NCBI GenBank assembly: GCA_049599895.1
Contig: JBMYPC010000105.1
Span: forward strand, 1 to 10,934
Direction of reading: 5' to 3'
Length of the DNA: 10,934 bases
From: Bacteriovoracaceae bacterium
Lineage (GTDB): Bacteria; Bdellovibrionota; Bacteriovoracia; Bacteriovoracales; Bacteriovoracaceae
Shown: positions 1-6,939 of the stretch, one piece after another
Numbering within the stretch: the first letter of the stretch is position 1
Layout of the letters: the number at the start of each line of letters is the position of its first letter
Made by a program: the position numbers and the translations under genes
Notes under the pieces: generated by a model
The model's database searches: none
Seen by the model: only the letters and a program-made list of their open reading frames with translations
Told to the model about the DNA's origin: nothing

Positions 1-1
1 A

Positions 2-133
2 GTCTACCGCGGCCTCAGTGTGTCCGGTTCGGCGCAACACGCCGCCATCTTTTGCCTTGAGCGGAAAAATATGACCCGGCTTACTCAAATCATGAGACTG
101 CGTATCAGGATCGATAATGGCTTTGATTGTTTT
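2..133 (-). pseudogene. ribB: Internal fragment of 3,4-dihydroxy-2-butanone 4-phosphate synthase (RibB/RibBA); N-terminal part missing, continues off the window edge
   Basis: Not in the ORF track. Manual translation of the minus strand 133->2 gives [44 protein letters not shown], containing the RibB signatures PGHIFPL and GGVLRRxGHTEA. Similarity ends at about 135, and an in-frame TAA lies at 187-185. Confidence 0.88.
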
Positions 134-1247
134 GGTGCCATTTAATACCGTCTTCAAGTTGCTCAAATAAAACATGGACTTGTTTTAGAAAGAAAATGTT
201 TGAATCAAGGGGGAAGGCTCTAAACTTTTCTTGTCCTTTTATTTCATAATAGAGTTTTTTTCCCTGTTTGCTTAGGATGACCCTCTGTTTACTTTGAGGA
301 AGTTCGTAAGTTCCTTCAGTAAATTTTATGTGATCTAATTCTGTGTTTTCTTGGTAGAAGTAATGTTCTCCTCGACCTTTTTGAACAATTGCAGCCAAGC
401 AACGGAGAAGCCCAAAGTTAAGAGCGTATTCATTATTGGTGCAAACGAGTATTTCGAGCTCTTCTTTCATAAAGTAGAGATAGAAGCATTTAAACCCAGG
501 GTAACTTCCTGAAAGTAAACTCACTCCCTCCTCAAAAGCGCCCATATAGTTGCTTGAATCCGTTTTTCTAAAGAATGAACACCAGTTCATAATATCTTCA
601 ACGGGTGCACAGAAGCCGCCTGAAAGCAGGGCAAGGTGCGAGGTGTGCTCGACTTGGATTACTTCAAGGTCTTGATTAAGGGAATAGTGGTCCATGATAT
701 TCGTGCAATTTTCAACGGCTTCAAAACAAGATAAATCAACATATTGACCGCTAATTTCTTTCACCGCTTGAAATGAATCTTTTTTAGTGAACTTCTCCAA
801 AACCAAGCTGAGGTAAATGTAGTTGGAATTTGAATATACTGGTTGTCTTAATTTTTCTAAAGATTCGATGTGCTGTTGCAGTTCCTCTTTCGTTTGAAAC
901 CTTTTTTTTAAGTCTAAGTTCAGGGGAGCTTCTATGTAATTAGGGATGAGCGTTTGGTGATCAAGAAGCTCTTTTAAGGTATGACTTCTCCATTTTGTTT
1001 TAAAGAAGTCACCAAGAGGCTGTTGGGGATTCAGAGATTTCTTTTTAAATAGTTCTTTAAAGGTGTGATAAGCGAGTGATTTGCTGATTGAGCCCATCGG
1101 AAAATTTCCCTGCAAGAAAGAGGGGTTTAGAAGATTAAACTTGTCGTCTTTTTTTGTCGCAATGATTCCCGAGAAGAAATGATTTTGATTGAAGAATTCA
1201 TACAATTCATTGAAATTGTTTAATATAACTTTGGCGTTGTTTTTCAT
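105..1247 (-). CDS. Serine hydrolase of the beta-lactamase class C / penicillin-binding-protein-like family
   Basis: SxxK motif (FPMGSISK), LLxH motif (LKELLDHQ), YxN motif (YSNSNY), third motif region LSGSYPGF, and a C-terminal beta domain (GTYEL...LYYEIKGQ...WHQN). No obvious signal peptide. The last ~8 codons lie in ribB-derived sequence. Confidence 0.85.
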   Translation of the reverse strand: MKNNAKVILNNFNELYEFFNQNHFFSGIIATKKDDKFNLLNPSFLQGNFPMGSISKSLAYHTFKELFKKKSLNPQQPLGDFFKTKWRSHTLKELLDHQTLIPNYIEAPLNLDLKKRFQTKEELQQHIESLEKLRQPVYSNSNYIYLSLVLEKFTKKDSFQAVKEISGQYVDLSCFEAVENCTNIMDHYSLNQDLEVIQVEHTSHLALLSGGFCAPVEDIMNWCSFFRKTDSSNYMGAFEEGVSLLSGSYPGFKCFYLYFMKEELEILVCTNNEYALNFGLLRCLAAIVQKGRGEHYFYQENTELDHIKFTEGTYELPQSKQRVILSKQGKKLYYEIKGQEKFRAFPLDSNIFFLKQVHVLFEQLEDGIKWHQNNQSHYRS

Positions 1248-1259
1248 GGGCAGACTATA

Positions 1260-1472
1260 ATGGTTTTTAAACTGATTGTATTACTTTTTGGCTCTTTTGT
1301 AACCTCATCTGCTTTTGCTTTAAGTGTTAGTAAGTTAGAAAAACAAATTAAAGATGGCGAGTCTTGGTGTAAGGTAAAGGCTTATCGAAAGAGTTTTTCT
1401 CGCTGTATGTTGGAGTTAAAGAATCTAAAAAAAGATTGGATAATGCAAAGAGGAGAGAAAAACAAAAACTAA
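1260..1472 (+). CDS. Small hypothetical exported protein
   Basis: Signal-peptide-like N-terminus ending in AFA and two Cys. However, the start is only 12 bp from the divergent hydrolase start and there is no clear RBS. Confidence 0.45.
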   Translation: MVFKLIVLLFGSFVTSSAFALSVSKLEKQIKDGESWCKVKAYRKSFSRCMLELKNLKKDWIMQRGEKNKN

Positions 1473-1574
1473 CAAAGCAAGCAGAAAGAGCAAATAAAAA
1501 GAAAAGAGAATAAGAGCTAGCTGCTCCAAATAAGGAAAGGAGAGATCCCAAAAGCGAAGATATATAATGATGAG

Positions 1575-1688
1575 TCAGATAAAACTAAGAGTATTGTTGA
1601 GAATTCGGAGTTGTTTAATTCGCTTCGCTCATTTCGGCATTCACTCGGCACTAACGTTTCTCGCTTATGCCTATACGCTCTCGCGTCA
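1575..1688. repeat. Copy 1 of a 114-bp direct repeat with internal hairpins
   Basis: 1575-1632 matches 1759-1816 at 54/58 positions. 1674-1688 (TACGCTCTCGCGTCA) is identical to 1858-1872. Confidence 0.92.
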
Positions 1689-1758
1689 CCGGTCTGCAGC
1701 AAAGGTTGCCAGTGGCAAGCTTTGAAGCATCGAGCGGACAGATGATTTCGTTCAGAAA

Positions 1759-1872
1759 TCAGATAAAACTAAGAGTGTTGTTAAGAATTCAGAGCTGTTT
1801 AATTCGCTTCGCTCATACCGGTTGCTTTACGTGCGCTAACGCTTACTCGCAACCTTGTACGCTCTCGCGTCA
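1759..1872. repeat. Copy 2 of the 114-bp direct repeat (period 184 bp)
   Basis: Same length and same conserved end blocks as copy 1, with a diverged 41-nt middle. Confidence 0.92.
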
Positions 1873-1894
1873 AAATTGTCCGCAGGACATTTTT
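1872..1894. repeat. Short inverted repeat (REP-like or terminator-like hairpin)
   Basis: AAAA-T-TGTCC-GCA-GGACA-T-TTTT. Confidence 0.55.
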
Positions 1895-2288
1895 GCCCGC
1901 GGAGCGTGGTGGTCTATCCAAGGGCTTAAACGAATCATTTTTCCTCACCACTGAAGTCTCTGAAATCATTAAATTTAAAGAACCTAAACCTTGGGATGAC
2001 AGCAGTTTCCTCACTCATTTATACGTCAAAAAGCAGTGGAGCCTTCGACGAATTTCCAAAGAGTTAGGTTGTCATAAATCAGTAGTGAGGAAAAAGTTAA
2101 AACAAGCTGGGGTTGATGATTTTGAGTTTGTTGTTGAGCAGGACAAGCTTCTGCTTAAAAAGGTTGAGTCGATGAGAGAGCGGGGCTTGAGTTATCAACG
2201 AATTGCTGATCTTTTAAACATTTGGAATATTAAAACGAGGTCCGGAGATGGGAAATGGCACGCTAAAACAGTACGTGAGATGGAGTGA
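1893..2288 (+). CDS. Small DNA-binding protein: HTH plus a large-serine-recombinase-type DNA-binding (Recombinase) domain, without a catalytic domain; start uncertain
   Basis: HTH WSLRRISKELGCHKSVVRKKL. C-terminal GLSYQRIADLLN..NIKTRSG.GKWHAKTV matches the Recombinase-domain pattern GxSxxxIAxxLNxxxIxTxxGxxWxxxxV. Confidence 0.72.
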   Translation: MPAERGGLSKGLNESFFLTTEVSEIIKFKEPKPWDDSSFLTHLYVKKQWSLRRISKELGCHKSVVRKKLKQAGVDDFEFVVEQDKLLLKKVESMRERGLSYQRIADLLNIWNIKTRSGDGKWHAKTVREME

Positions 2289-2296
2289 ATAGTGGC

Positions 2297-2614
2297 TTAA
2301 CTCTTTTTAAAATAGCTAAGAGCACTTTCTATGGCTGCCCAGAGCATAGAAATAATACCAATCGCTACAAATTTGTATACATGGTCGATGCGGACAAGTC
2401 TTTGTGTACAATTTACGAATGAAAGAAAAACTCCAGATGCTTCCTGAATCGCAAACAGAGCAAGAAGGATAAAGATATAACTCTTATAGCGTATTTTGAA
2501 TTTTGGTTTAAATGCTTTCACAAGCAGAAGATAAAACAGAAGTGAAAGAACTATTGTTATCGTATATGAAAGGGGTGACGACAAAGGGTTACTTGTCGGG
2601 TTGCAGTAGTTCAT
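2297..2614 (-). CDS. Hypothetical membrane protein, about 3 TM helices
   Basis: Three hydrophobic segments. Its ATG overlaps the upstream gene's TGA (ATGA at 2614-2611). Confidence 0.7.
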   Translation of the reverse strand: MNYCNPTSNPLSSPLSYTITIVLSLLFYLLLVKAFKPKFKIRYKSYIFILLALFAIQEASGVFLSFVNCTQRLVRIDHVYKFVAIGIISMLWAAIESALSYFKKS

Positions 2615-3465
2615 CGCAAGACCTCTCTATATTCAGTATGGGTTGTGCGATAGATTTTGTCTTTCAGTGATTTAATTGCTCTCGAAGATGAGGATCGGTT
2701 TTTTCCTGCACTGTTTGCAATACTGGAAAGATTGATTTTTCCAGAAGTGAAGCAGTTATCAGTCTCATCTTTAAGAAACAGTGACAACCATTTTTTTTGG
2801 GGTTTTGAGGCTGACTTTATTGCTTGTTGAATTACAATGCCTTCGATGTCTTCTCTTTCTTTTTGTATCAGCATCTCTTCTGGGGAGATAGCTCTGCTTG
2901 GGAGTTGGGAAAAGATGAAGAGGTTATTATTCTCTTTGTTTTTTCTATACCTTCCTTTTATTCGATCTTTTTCTTTCAATAGGAAAACAAAGGTGGCTTC
3001 TTTTCCAACCCGAGAATATTGTTCTAAAACGTCTTCTCTGATAGCTTCAATGAGTTTAAGGATGAGCTTTGCGGTAAGGTCTCTCTTTTCAAGGTCGGGT
3101 AGTATGAACCTTTTGTTGCTGGTCATCTGCTCAATTCTCTTACTCCAGTACTGACAATATTGAACCAGTATATCTTCACAATTAGCGGCCCTATCTCTGA
3201 ACTTTTCATCTTCATATTCTCGCTTTAGATCTTCTTTTTTGTGATGCTCTCTAAATCGAAGTAGTTCTTGAAAAAATTGTGAGTTTAAAAACAGGTGAAA
3301 ATCACCTCTTTTGCTTTCATGGTTTTTAAGGCACCAGTTGTATCTTGATATTAGACTCTCTCTGAGCTGGTCCAAGGAGGCCCTGCCTAGTCCTTTGCAT
3401 TTTTCAACTATGAAGCTGTTGATAAACTTGTCTCTAATTTTATATTTCGATTTTTGGCACACCAT
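2611..3465 (-). CDS. Divergent sigma-70-family (SigH/ECF-like) factor with an N-terminal extension
   Basis: Region-2-like AANCEDILVQY...LEKRDLTAKLILKLIEAIRE, linker SPEEMLIQKE, region-4-like ASKPQKKWLSLFL...NLSSIANSAGKNRSSSSRAIKSLKDKI. AGGAG RBS upstream. Confidence 0.62.
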   Translation of the reverse strand: MVCQKSKYKIRDKFINSFIVEKCKGLGRASLDQLRESLISRYNWCLKNHESKRGDFHLFLNSQFFQELLRFREHHKKEDLKREYEDEKFRDRAANCEDILVQYCQYWSKRIEQMTSNKRFILPDLEKRDLTAKLILKLIEAIREDVLEQYSRVGKEATFVFLLKEKDRIKGRYRKNKENNNLFIFSQLPSRAISPEEMLIQKEREDIEGIVIQQAIKSASKPQKKWLSLFLKDETDNCFTSGKINLSSIANSAGKNRSSSSRAIKSLKDKIYRTTHTEYREVLR

Positions 3466-3466
3466 T

Positions 3467-3490
3467 CCCTTACTCCTACATTAGTAAGGG
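3467..3490 (-). promoter_or_regulatory. Hairpin over the ribosome-binding site of the sigma-like gene
   Basis: Perfect 8-bp inverted repeat CCCTTACT (3467-3474) / AGTAAGGG (3483-3490), 1 nt from the ATG. Confidence 0.55.
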
Positions 3491-3557
3491 CTAATTTTCT
3501 AAAATTTGTTGCATTTTATTTTAAAAAAAGATGTGCGTCGTGTTGCTTGTTGGATTG

Positions 3558-3575
3558 CATTGTATAAATACAATG
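3558..3575. promoter_or_regulatory. Palindromic operator 1
   Basis: CATTGTAT-AA-ATACAATG, perfect 8-bp arms. Confidence 0.72.
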
Positions 3576-3593
3576 TAAAATATGTACTAATAG

Positions 3594-3622
3594 TTGTAAT
3601 TTTTTTAAATATATATTACATT
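3594..3622 (+). promoter_or_regulatory. Putative sigma-70 promoter of the RHH-kinase-STAS-PIN operon
   Basis: TTGTAA (3594-3599), 17-bp spacer, TACATT (3617-3622). The region is AT-rich, so chance matches are possible. Confidence 0.45.
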
Positions 3623-3636
3623 GTATCTATGCAATG
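3619..3636. promoter_or_regulatory. Palindromic operator 2
   Basis: CATTGTAT-CT-ATGCAATG, 7/8 arm match and the same motif as operator 1, 61 bp downstream. Confidence 0.7.
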
Positions 3637-3656
3637 CATACGTGGACGATTCATAA

Positions 3657-3845
3657 GTGAAAATTAAAAGATATGAGATAGTTAAAGAGTTAAAAGAGGA
3701 GGATCTTAAAGATAAAAAGATCAACGTCACCTACAGGCTTAATAAGATGTTAGTGGATGAGTTTAAAGAAAAGTGCAAGCAAGACAATGTTGGTGCAGGA
3801 AGAGTTTTAGAGAAGATGATTGCAATTTACCTGGAGGAGAAATGA
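3657..3845 (+). CDS. Ribbon-helix-helix (CopG/ParG-like) DNA-binding protein
   Basis: 62 aa. Alternating beta strand KINVTYRL followed by two helices (KMLVDEFKEKCKQD; AGRVLEKMIAIYL). Its stop overlaps the next start (ATGA). Confidence 0.78.
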   Translation: MKIKRYEIVKELKEEDLKDKKINVTYRLNKMLVDEFKEKCKQDNVGAGRVLEKMIAIYLEEK

Positions 3846-4720
3846 CAGTAAATTTTTCTTTCGTAAACTCGGTTAGGAATGATTTTTATGGCTTCGGAGA
3901 GCTTGCGAGTCTTCAGCAGCAAGCATCAAACCTAATGTTTGATGACTTATATTTAGATTTTTCATCTTGCTCGTGGTTTGAAGCTAATTTAAGTGCTCCC
4001 CTTGGGGCTATCTTGAACAAGGCTACAAGGGATGTTGTGACAATACATTTCAACTCACTTCCTCCTGGAGTGGAAACAATTTTGCGGAAAAATGAATTTT
4101 TAACTTATTATGGGTACGGGCCTTGCATAGATACTTATGGAACTTGTGTAAAGTATTCGATGTTTAATCCAAATGACTCGATAGGCTTCAAAGATTATAT
4201 AGAGAAAGAGTTGTTTGCAAAGCACTCGCTCCCCAACATGTCAGATGGTCTAACAAAAAAAATCAAAGAAACTATAATTGAGGTGTTCACAAATACCGGG
4301 GCGCATGGTGGAACTGATCGAGTATTTTGCTGTGGTCAAATTTTTCCACAAAGCGGAAGACTTGACTTTACAATCGCAAATCTTGGTCGAACTTTTAACG
4401 ACAACATTTCTAACTACCTTGGACAAAGTCTATCAGACGTAGATGCTATTGATTGGGGTACTCAAAAGGATAACTCCACAAGGGTTGGGGCAATTCCTGG
4501 GGGACTTGGCCTGTATACTTTACTTTCATTTTTGAGTTTGAATAATGGAAAAGTTCAAATTATATCTGGGGACGGTTGCTGGACTTCTTCTGCATCGGGT
4601 GTAACGAAGAATAGAATGGCATCGAAGTTTCAGGGATCAATAGTTAACATCGAATTTAATATTAATGATCGAACTAACTATGTTTTATCAACAGAGCTTG
4701 AACAAAAAGATATTTTTTAA
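3842..4720 (+). CDS. STAS-like N-terminal domain plus GHKL/HATPase_c domain; anti-sigma-factor-type Ser/Thr kinase candidate (292 aa)
   Basis: Start reassigned to ATG 3842 (GGAGGAG RBS, ATGA coupling). N-terminal LDFSSCSWFEANLSAPLGAIL is STAS-like. N-box EVFTNTGAHG, G1 region IANLGRT, G2 box GGLGL, terminal GSIVNIEF. No TM segment or recognisable H-box. Confidence 0.85.
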   Translation: MTVNFSFVNSVRNDFYGFGELASLQQQASNLMFDDLYLDFSSCSWFEANLSAPLGAILNKATRDVVTIHFNSLPPGVETILRKNEFLTYYGYGPCIDTYGTCVKYSMFNPNDSIGFKDYIEKELFAKHSLPNMSDGLTKKIKETIIEVFTNTGAHGGTDRVFCCGQIFPQSGRLDFTIANLGRTFNDNISNYLGQSLSDVDAIDWGTQKDNSTRVGAIPGGLGLYTLLSFLSLNNGKVQIISGDGCWTSSASGVTKNRMASKFQGSIVNIEFNINDRTNYVLSTELEQKDIF

Positions 4721-4735
4721 TATAGAGGACAGTAT

Positions 4736-5083
4736 ATGACAGCAAAAGAAGTGACAATAATGGTAAAAGACGTAATCGGGGGAGATTCAGCTCTTTCTAC
4801 GGATGCTGGTATTGTTCTTTTCGATACTATGGTCAAGGCATTTAAAAATAATGCAAAAGTCAGCTTGAGTTTTAAAAACATTAAACTCATGACCTCCGCA
4901 TTTTTAAATGCAGCTATAGGGCAGCTGTACAGTAAGTACACTAGTGAGTACTTAAATCAAAAATTGATAATCAAAGATATTCAGACCTCTGACCTTGATA
5001 CCTTGAAGCTCGTCATAGAAAGAGCGAAGGACTATTTCAAAGACGAAGAAAAGGTTTCAAAGATAATAGATGAGGAAATATAA
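4736..5083 (+). CDS. STAS-like domain protein (DUF4325-type)
   Basis: AGAGGA RBS. VSLSFKNIKLMTSAFLNAAIGQLY matches the DUF4325/STAS pattern, and T53/S54 align with the phospho-acceptor motif of anti-anti-sigma STAS proteins. Confidence 0.85.
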   Translation: MTAKEVTIMVKDVIGGDSALSTDAGIVLFDTMVKAFKNNAKVSLSFKNIKLMTSAFLNAAIGQLYSKYTSEYLNQKLIIKDIQTSDLDTLKLVIERAKDYFKDEEKVSKIIDEEI

Positions 5084-5086
5084 AAG

Positions 5087-5641
5087 ATGATTCAAGATAT
5101 TCAGTCTTATACACCCACTTCAAGCGATAAGTTTTTGATAGATACCAATGTCCTCTTGTTTCTTTATTGCCCTCTAGGTAATTATCAGCAATTTATTATT
5201 CAAAAATATAGTTCATTTTTTAACGATATGGTTAACGCAGGATCAACTCTTTATATTTCTTCACAAATCTTGTCTGAATTTATAAATGTGTACCTCCGCT
5301 TAGACTTTAAAATTTTTCAAAACCAATCAGGAAATAGCGGAGCTATTTACAAGAGAGATTATAGGTCATCAGCAAGGTTTGGTCCTACCGTCGCAGCTCT
5401 TGTAAACACTTTAAACAATCAAGTGTTCAATGTTGTTCAGAAGCTTGATGATAATTTTGCAAACATTTCCGCTTCAAATATTCTTAGCAATATAGATAAA
5501 ATTGATCATAATGATGCTTATTATGCTGAGCTTGTCGCAGGAACAGGTATAAAAGTACTAACGGATGACAAGGACTATGAAATTTATAAAACAACCCACG
5601 AGATCTTTACGGGCAATCCAAGGTTAATTTCAGCTCGTTGA
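5087..5641 (+). CDS. PIN-domain (VapC-like) nuclease
   Basis: FLIDTNVLL, ILSEFIN, DHNDAYY and LTDDKDY supply the four acidic PIN catalytic positions. Starts 3 bp after the STAS stop. Confidence 0.9.
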   Translation: MIQDIQSYTPTSSDKFLIDTNVLLFLYCPLGNYQQFIIQKYSSFFNDMVNAGSTLYISSQILSEFINVYLRLDFKIFQNQSGNSGAIYKRDYRSSARFGPTVAALVNTLNNQVFNVVQKLDDNFANISASNILSNIDKIDHNDAYYAELVAGTGIKVLTDDKDYEIYKTTHEIFTGNPRLISAR

Positions 5642-5653
5642 TAGGAAAAGCAA

Positions 5654-5911
5654 ATGAAAGAGTTTTGGCTTGATTTAGAGCAACAGTTGAGATTAAAGCA
5701 GTTGAGAGAGTCTCTGTCAGAGATACATGACAAACACATAGAATTTATTAAAAAGCAGAAAGATGGAACCCTCAGAAAAGAAGATATGGAGGAGTGGAGG
5801 CAGCAAAATATTGAGCATCAAAAACTAAATAAAGAAATAAAAGAAATTTTAAATACTAATCCACTTCTTCCCGAAAATATTGCAAAAGTTTTTAAAGATT
5901 GGAAGCCTTAA
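5654..5911 (+). CDS. Small charged helical/coiled-coil hypothetical protein
   Basis: AGGA RBS, 12 bp after the PIN stop. E/K/Q/L-rich 85 aa. Confidence 0.7.
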   Translation: MKEFWLDLEQQLRLKQLRESLSEIHDKHIEFIKKQKDGTLRKEDMEEWRQQNIEHQKLNKEIKEILNTNPLLPENIAKVFKDWKP

Positions 5912-5970
5912 TGTTTTCAGTTTGATCATAAGAATATGCTTAATTCGTCCTCAGTCTCGGGTAAGACCTG

Positions 5971-5989
5971 AGCAATATCGGATATTGCT
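5971..5989. promoter_or_regulatory. Palindromic operator upstream of the XRE gene
   Basis: AGCAATATC-G-GATATTGCT: perfect 9-bp arms with a 1-bp spacer, 33 bp before the ATG. Confidence 0.65.
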
Positions 5990-6022
5990 TTAGTCATTCA
6001 TGTTTCAGTCGATAACAAATAC

Positions 6023-6316
6023 ATGAGTGATATTTTTGCACAAAAACTTAAAACCGCCCTTGAGGGTCATAATCTAACTAAGTTGGCCAATGAACTGGAT
6101 ATTCCATCCAGTGTTCTTCATGATTGGTGCAAAGGCTCTCGTAAGCCATCTATGAAAAATCTAAAACTAGTTAAAAAATTAGCTGACCATGTTGGCTTTA
6201 ACTTTGAGGAGCTAGTTCTTGGTGACTCTTATAAAGAAGAAAAGACATTAACAACAGTTACTTTCAGTGATGGTGGCAATAGATATTCTGTTTCTATAAC
6301 AAAACTTAAAGATTAA
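6023..6316 (+). CDS. XRE/Cro-family HTH transcriptional regulator
   Basis: NLTKLANELDIPSSVLHDWCKGSRKPS...KKLADHVGFNFEELVLG. Confidence 0.85.
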   Translation: MSDIFAQKLKTALEGHNLTKLANELDIPSSVLHDWCKGSRKPSMKNLKLVKKLADHVGFNFEELVLGDSYKEEKTLTTVTFSDGGNRYSVSITKLKD

Positions 6317-6327
6317 ATGGGGGAATT

Positions 6328-6930
6328 ATGAGAAACATTATGCGATGGCTAGTATTAATCATTTTGACTTCTTGTAATTCAAGTGAGGGAGAAGGACTGC
6401 CTGAGATTAGTTATATCGGGCGATCTTTTGAAGATGCGACCTCTAAGTTTGGTCAGTTCTTTAATGGCAATAGCTGTTCAGCAAAGCTGATTGCTAGCTA
6501 TGAAAAAAAATATGGACCAAATATAAAATGCTTTCTAACGAAGCATAAAAAAATCAATGGCCAATTAATGATTCAAATAACGACAAGTAACGAGACTATT
6601 GTTGAAAGCCGTTTTACTTGGGTTGATACAACAGCAAGGAGATCCAACATTCAAATCTTTCCGAGGCTCTCAGATTACTTTGACTCTGAGCCACTCTACG
6701 TAAGAAAGCTTGATGATACTTACGGAAGGCTTAGCGCTTATATGGCAATCTGGGATAACAGTTCTGGAAGAGCTTATGTGACGGCGATTTGTCCTTTGAT
6801 ACCAAAGGGCGAGAGGGAAGTGACAGAGGTTTCAAAGCTTAGAAACTGTTATCTTCAACGAATGGCATTTCATAAGAAAATTAATGAAGAGATATCAAAA
6901 AAGCATCGGAAAAAAGACAAATCATTCTAA
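6328..6930 (+). CDS. Hypothetical lipoprotein
   Basis: Basic N-terminus, hydrophobic stretch and lipobox LTSC. GGGGGA RBS. Confidence 0.72.
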   Translation: MRNIMRWLVLIILTSCNSSEGEGLPEISYIGRSFEDATSKFGQFFNGNSCSAKLIASYEKKYGPNIKCFLTKHKKINGQLMIQITTSNETIVESRFTWVDTTARRSNIQIFPRLSDYFDSEPLYVRKLDDTYGRLSAYMAIWDNSSGRAYVTAICPLIPKGEREVTEVSKLRNCYLQRMAFHKKINEEISKKHRKKDKSF

Positions 6931-6939
6931 GGGGGAGCG

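Noticed and set aside
105..1247. Calling the hydrolase an antibiotic-resistance beta-lactamase (ampC)
   Set aside because: No signal peptide and no KTG triad. The motifs support only the broader serine hydrolase family.
1575..1872. CRISPR array or integron attC array
   Set aside because: Only two long units, no cas or integron integrase gene, no RYYYAAC...GTTRRRY outer boxes, and no cassette ORF between the copies.
1907..1931. Degenerate tRNA 3' end or att site on the minus strand (GTTTAAGCCC...CCACCA)
   Set aside because: The T-loop lacks TTC, the T-stem does not pair fully, and the spacing to CCA is one base too long. Too weak to call.
1348..2014. ORFs 1348-1551(-), 1517-1702(-), 1667-1954(+) and 1799-2014(-)
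   Set aside because: They run through the non-coding repeats or antisense to better ORFs and show no recognisable motifs.
2837..3154. 105-aa plus-strand ORF
   Set aside because: Antisense shadow of the sigma-like gene with S/F/L-biased composition.
3773..3841. GTG start at 3773 for the kinase ORF, as given in the ORF track
   Set aside because: It overlaps the RHH gene. ATG 3842 has a GGAGGAG RBS and ATGA coupling.
3842..4720. Two-component sensor histidine kinase
   Set aside because: No TM/sensor region, no recognisable H-box dimerisation domain and no response regulator nearby; the partner is a STAS protein.
4717..4941. 74-aa minus-strand ORF
   Set aside because: Antisense shadow of the STAS gene.
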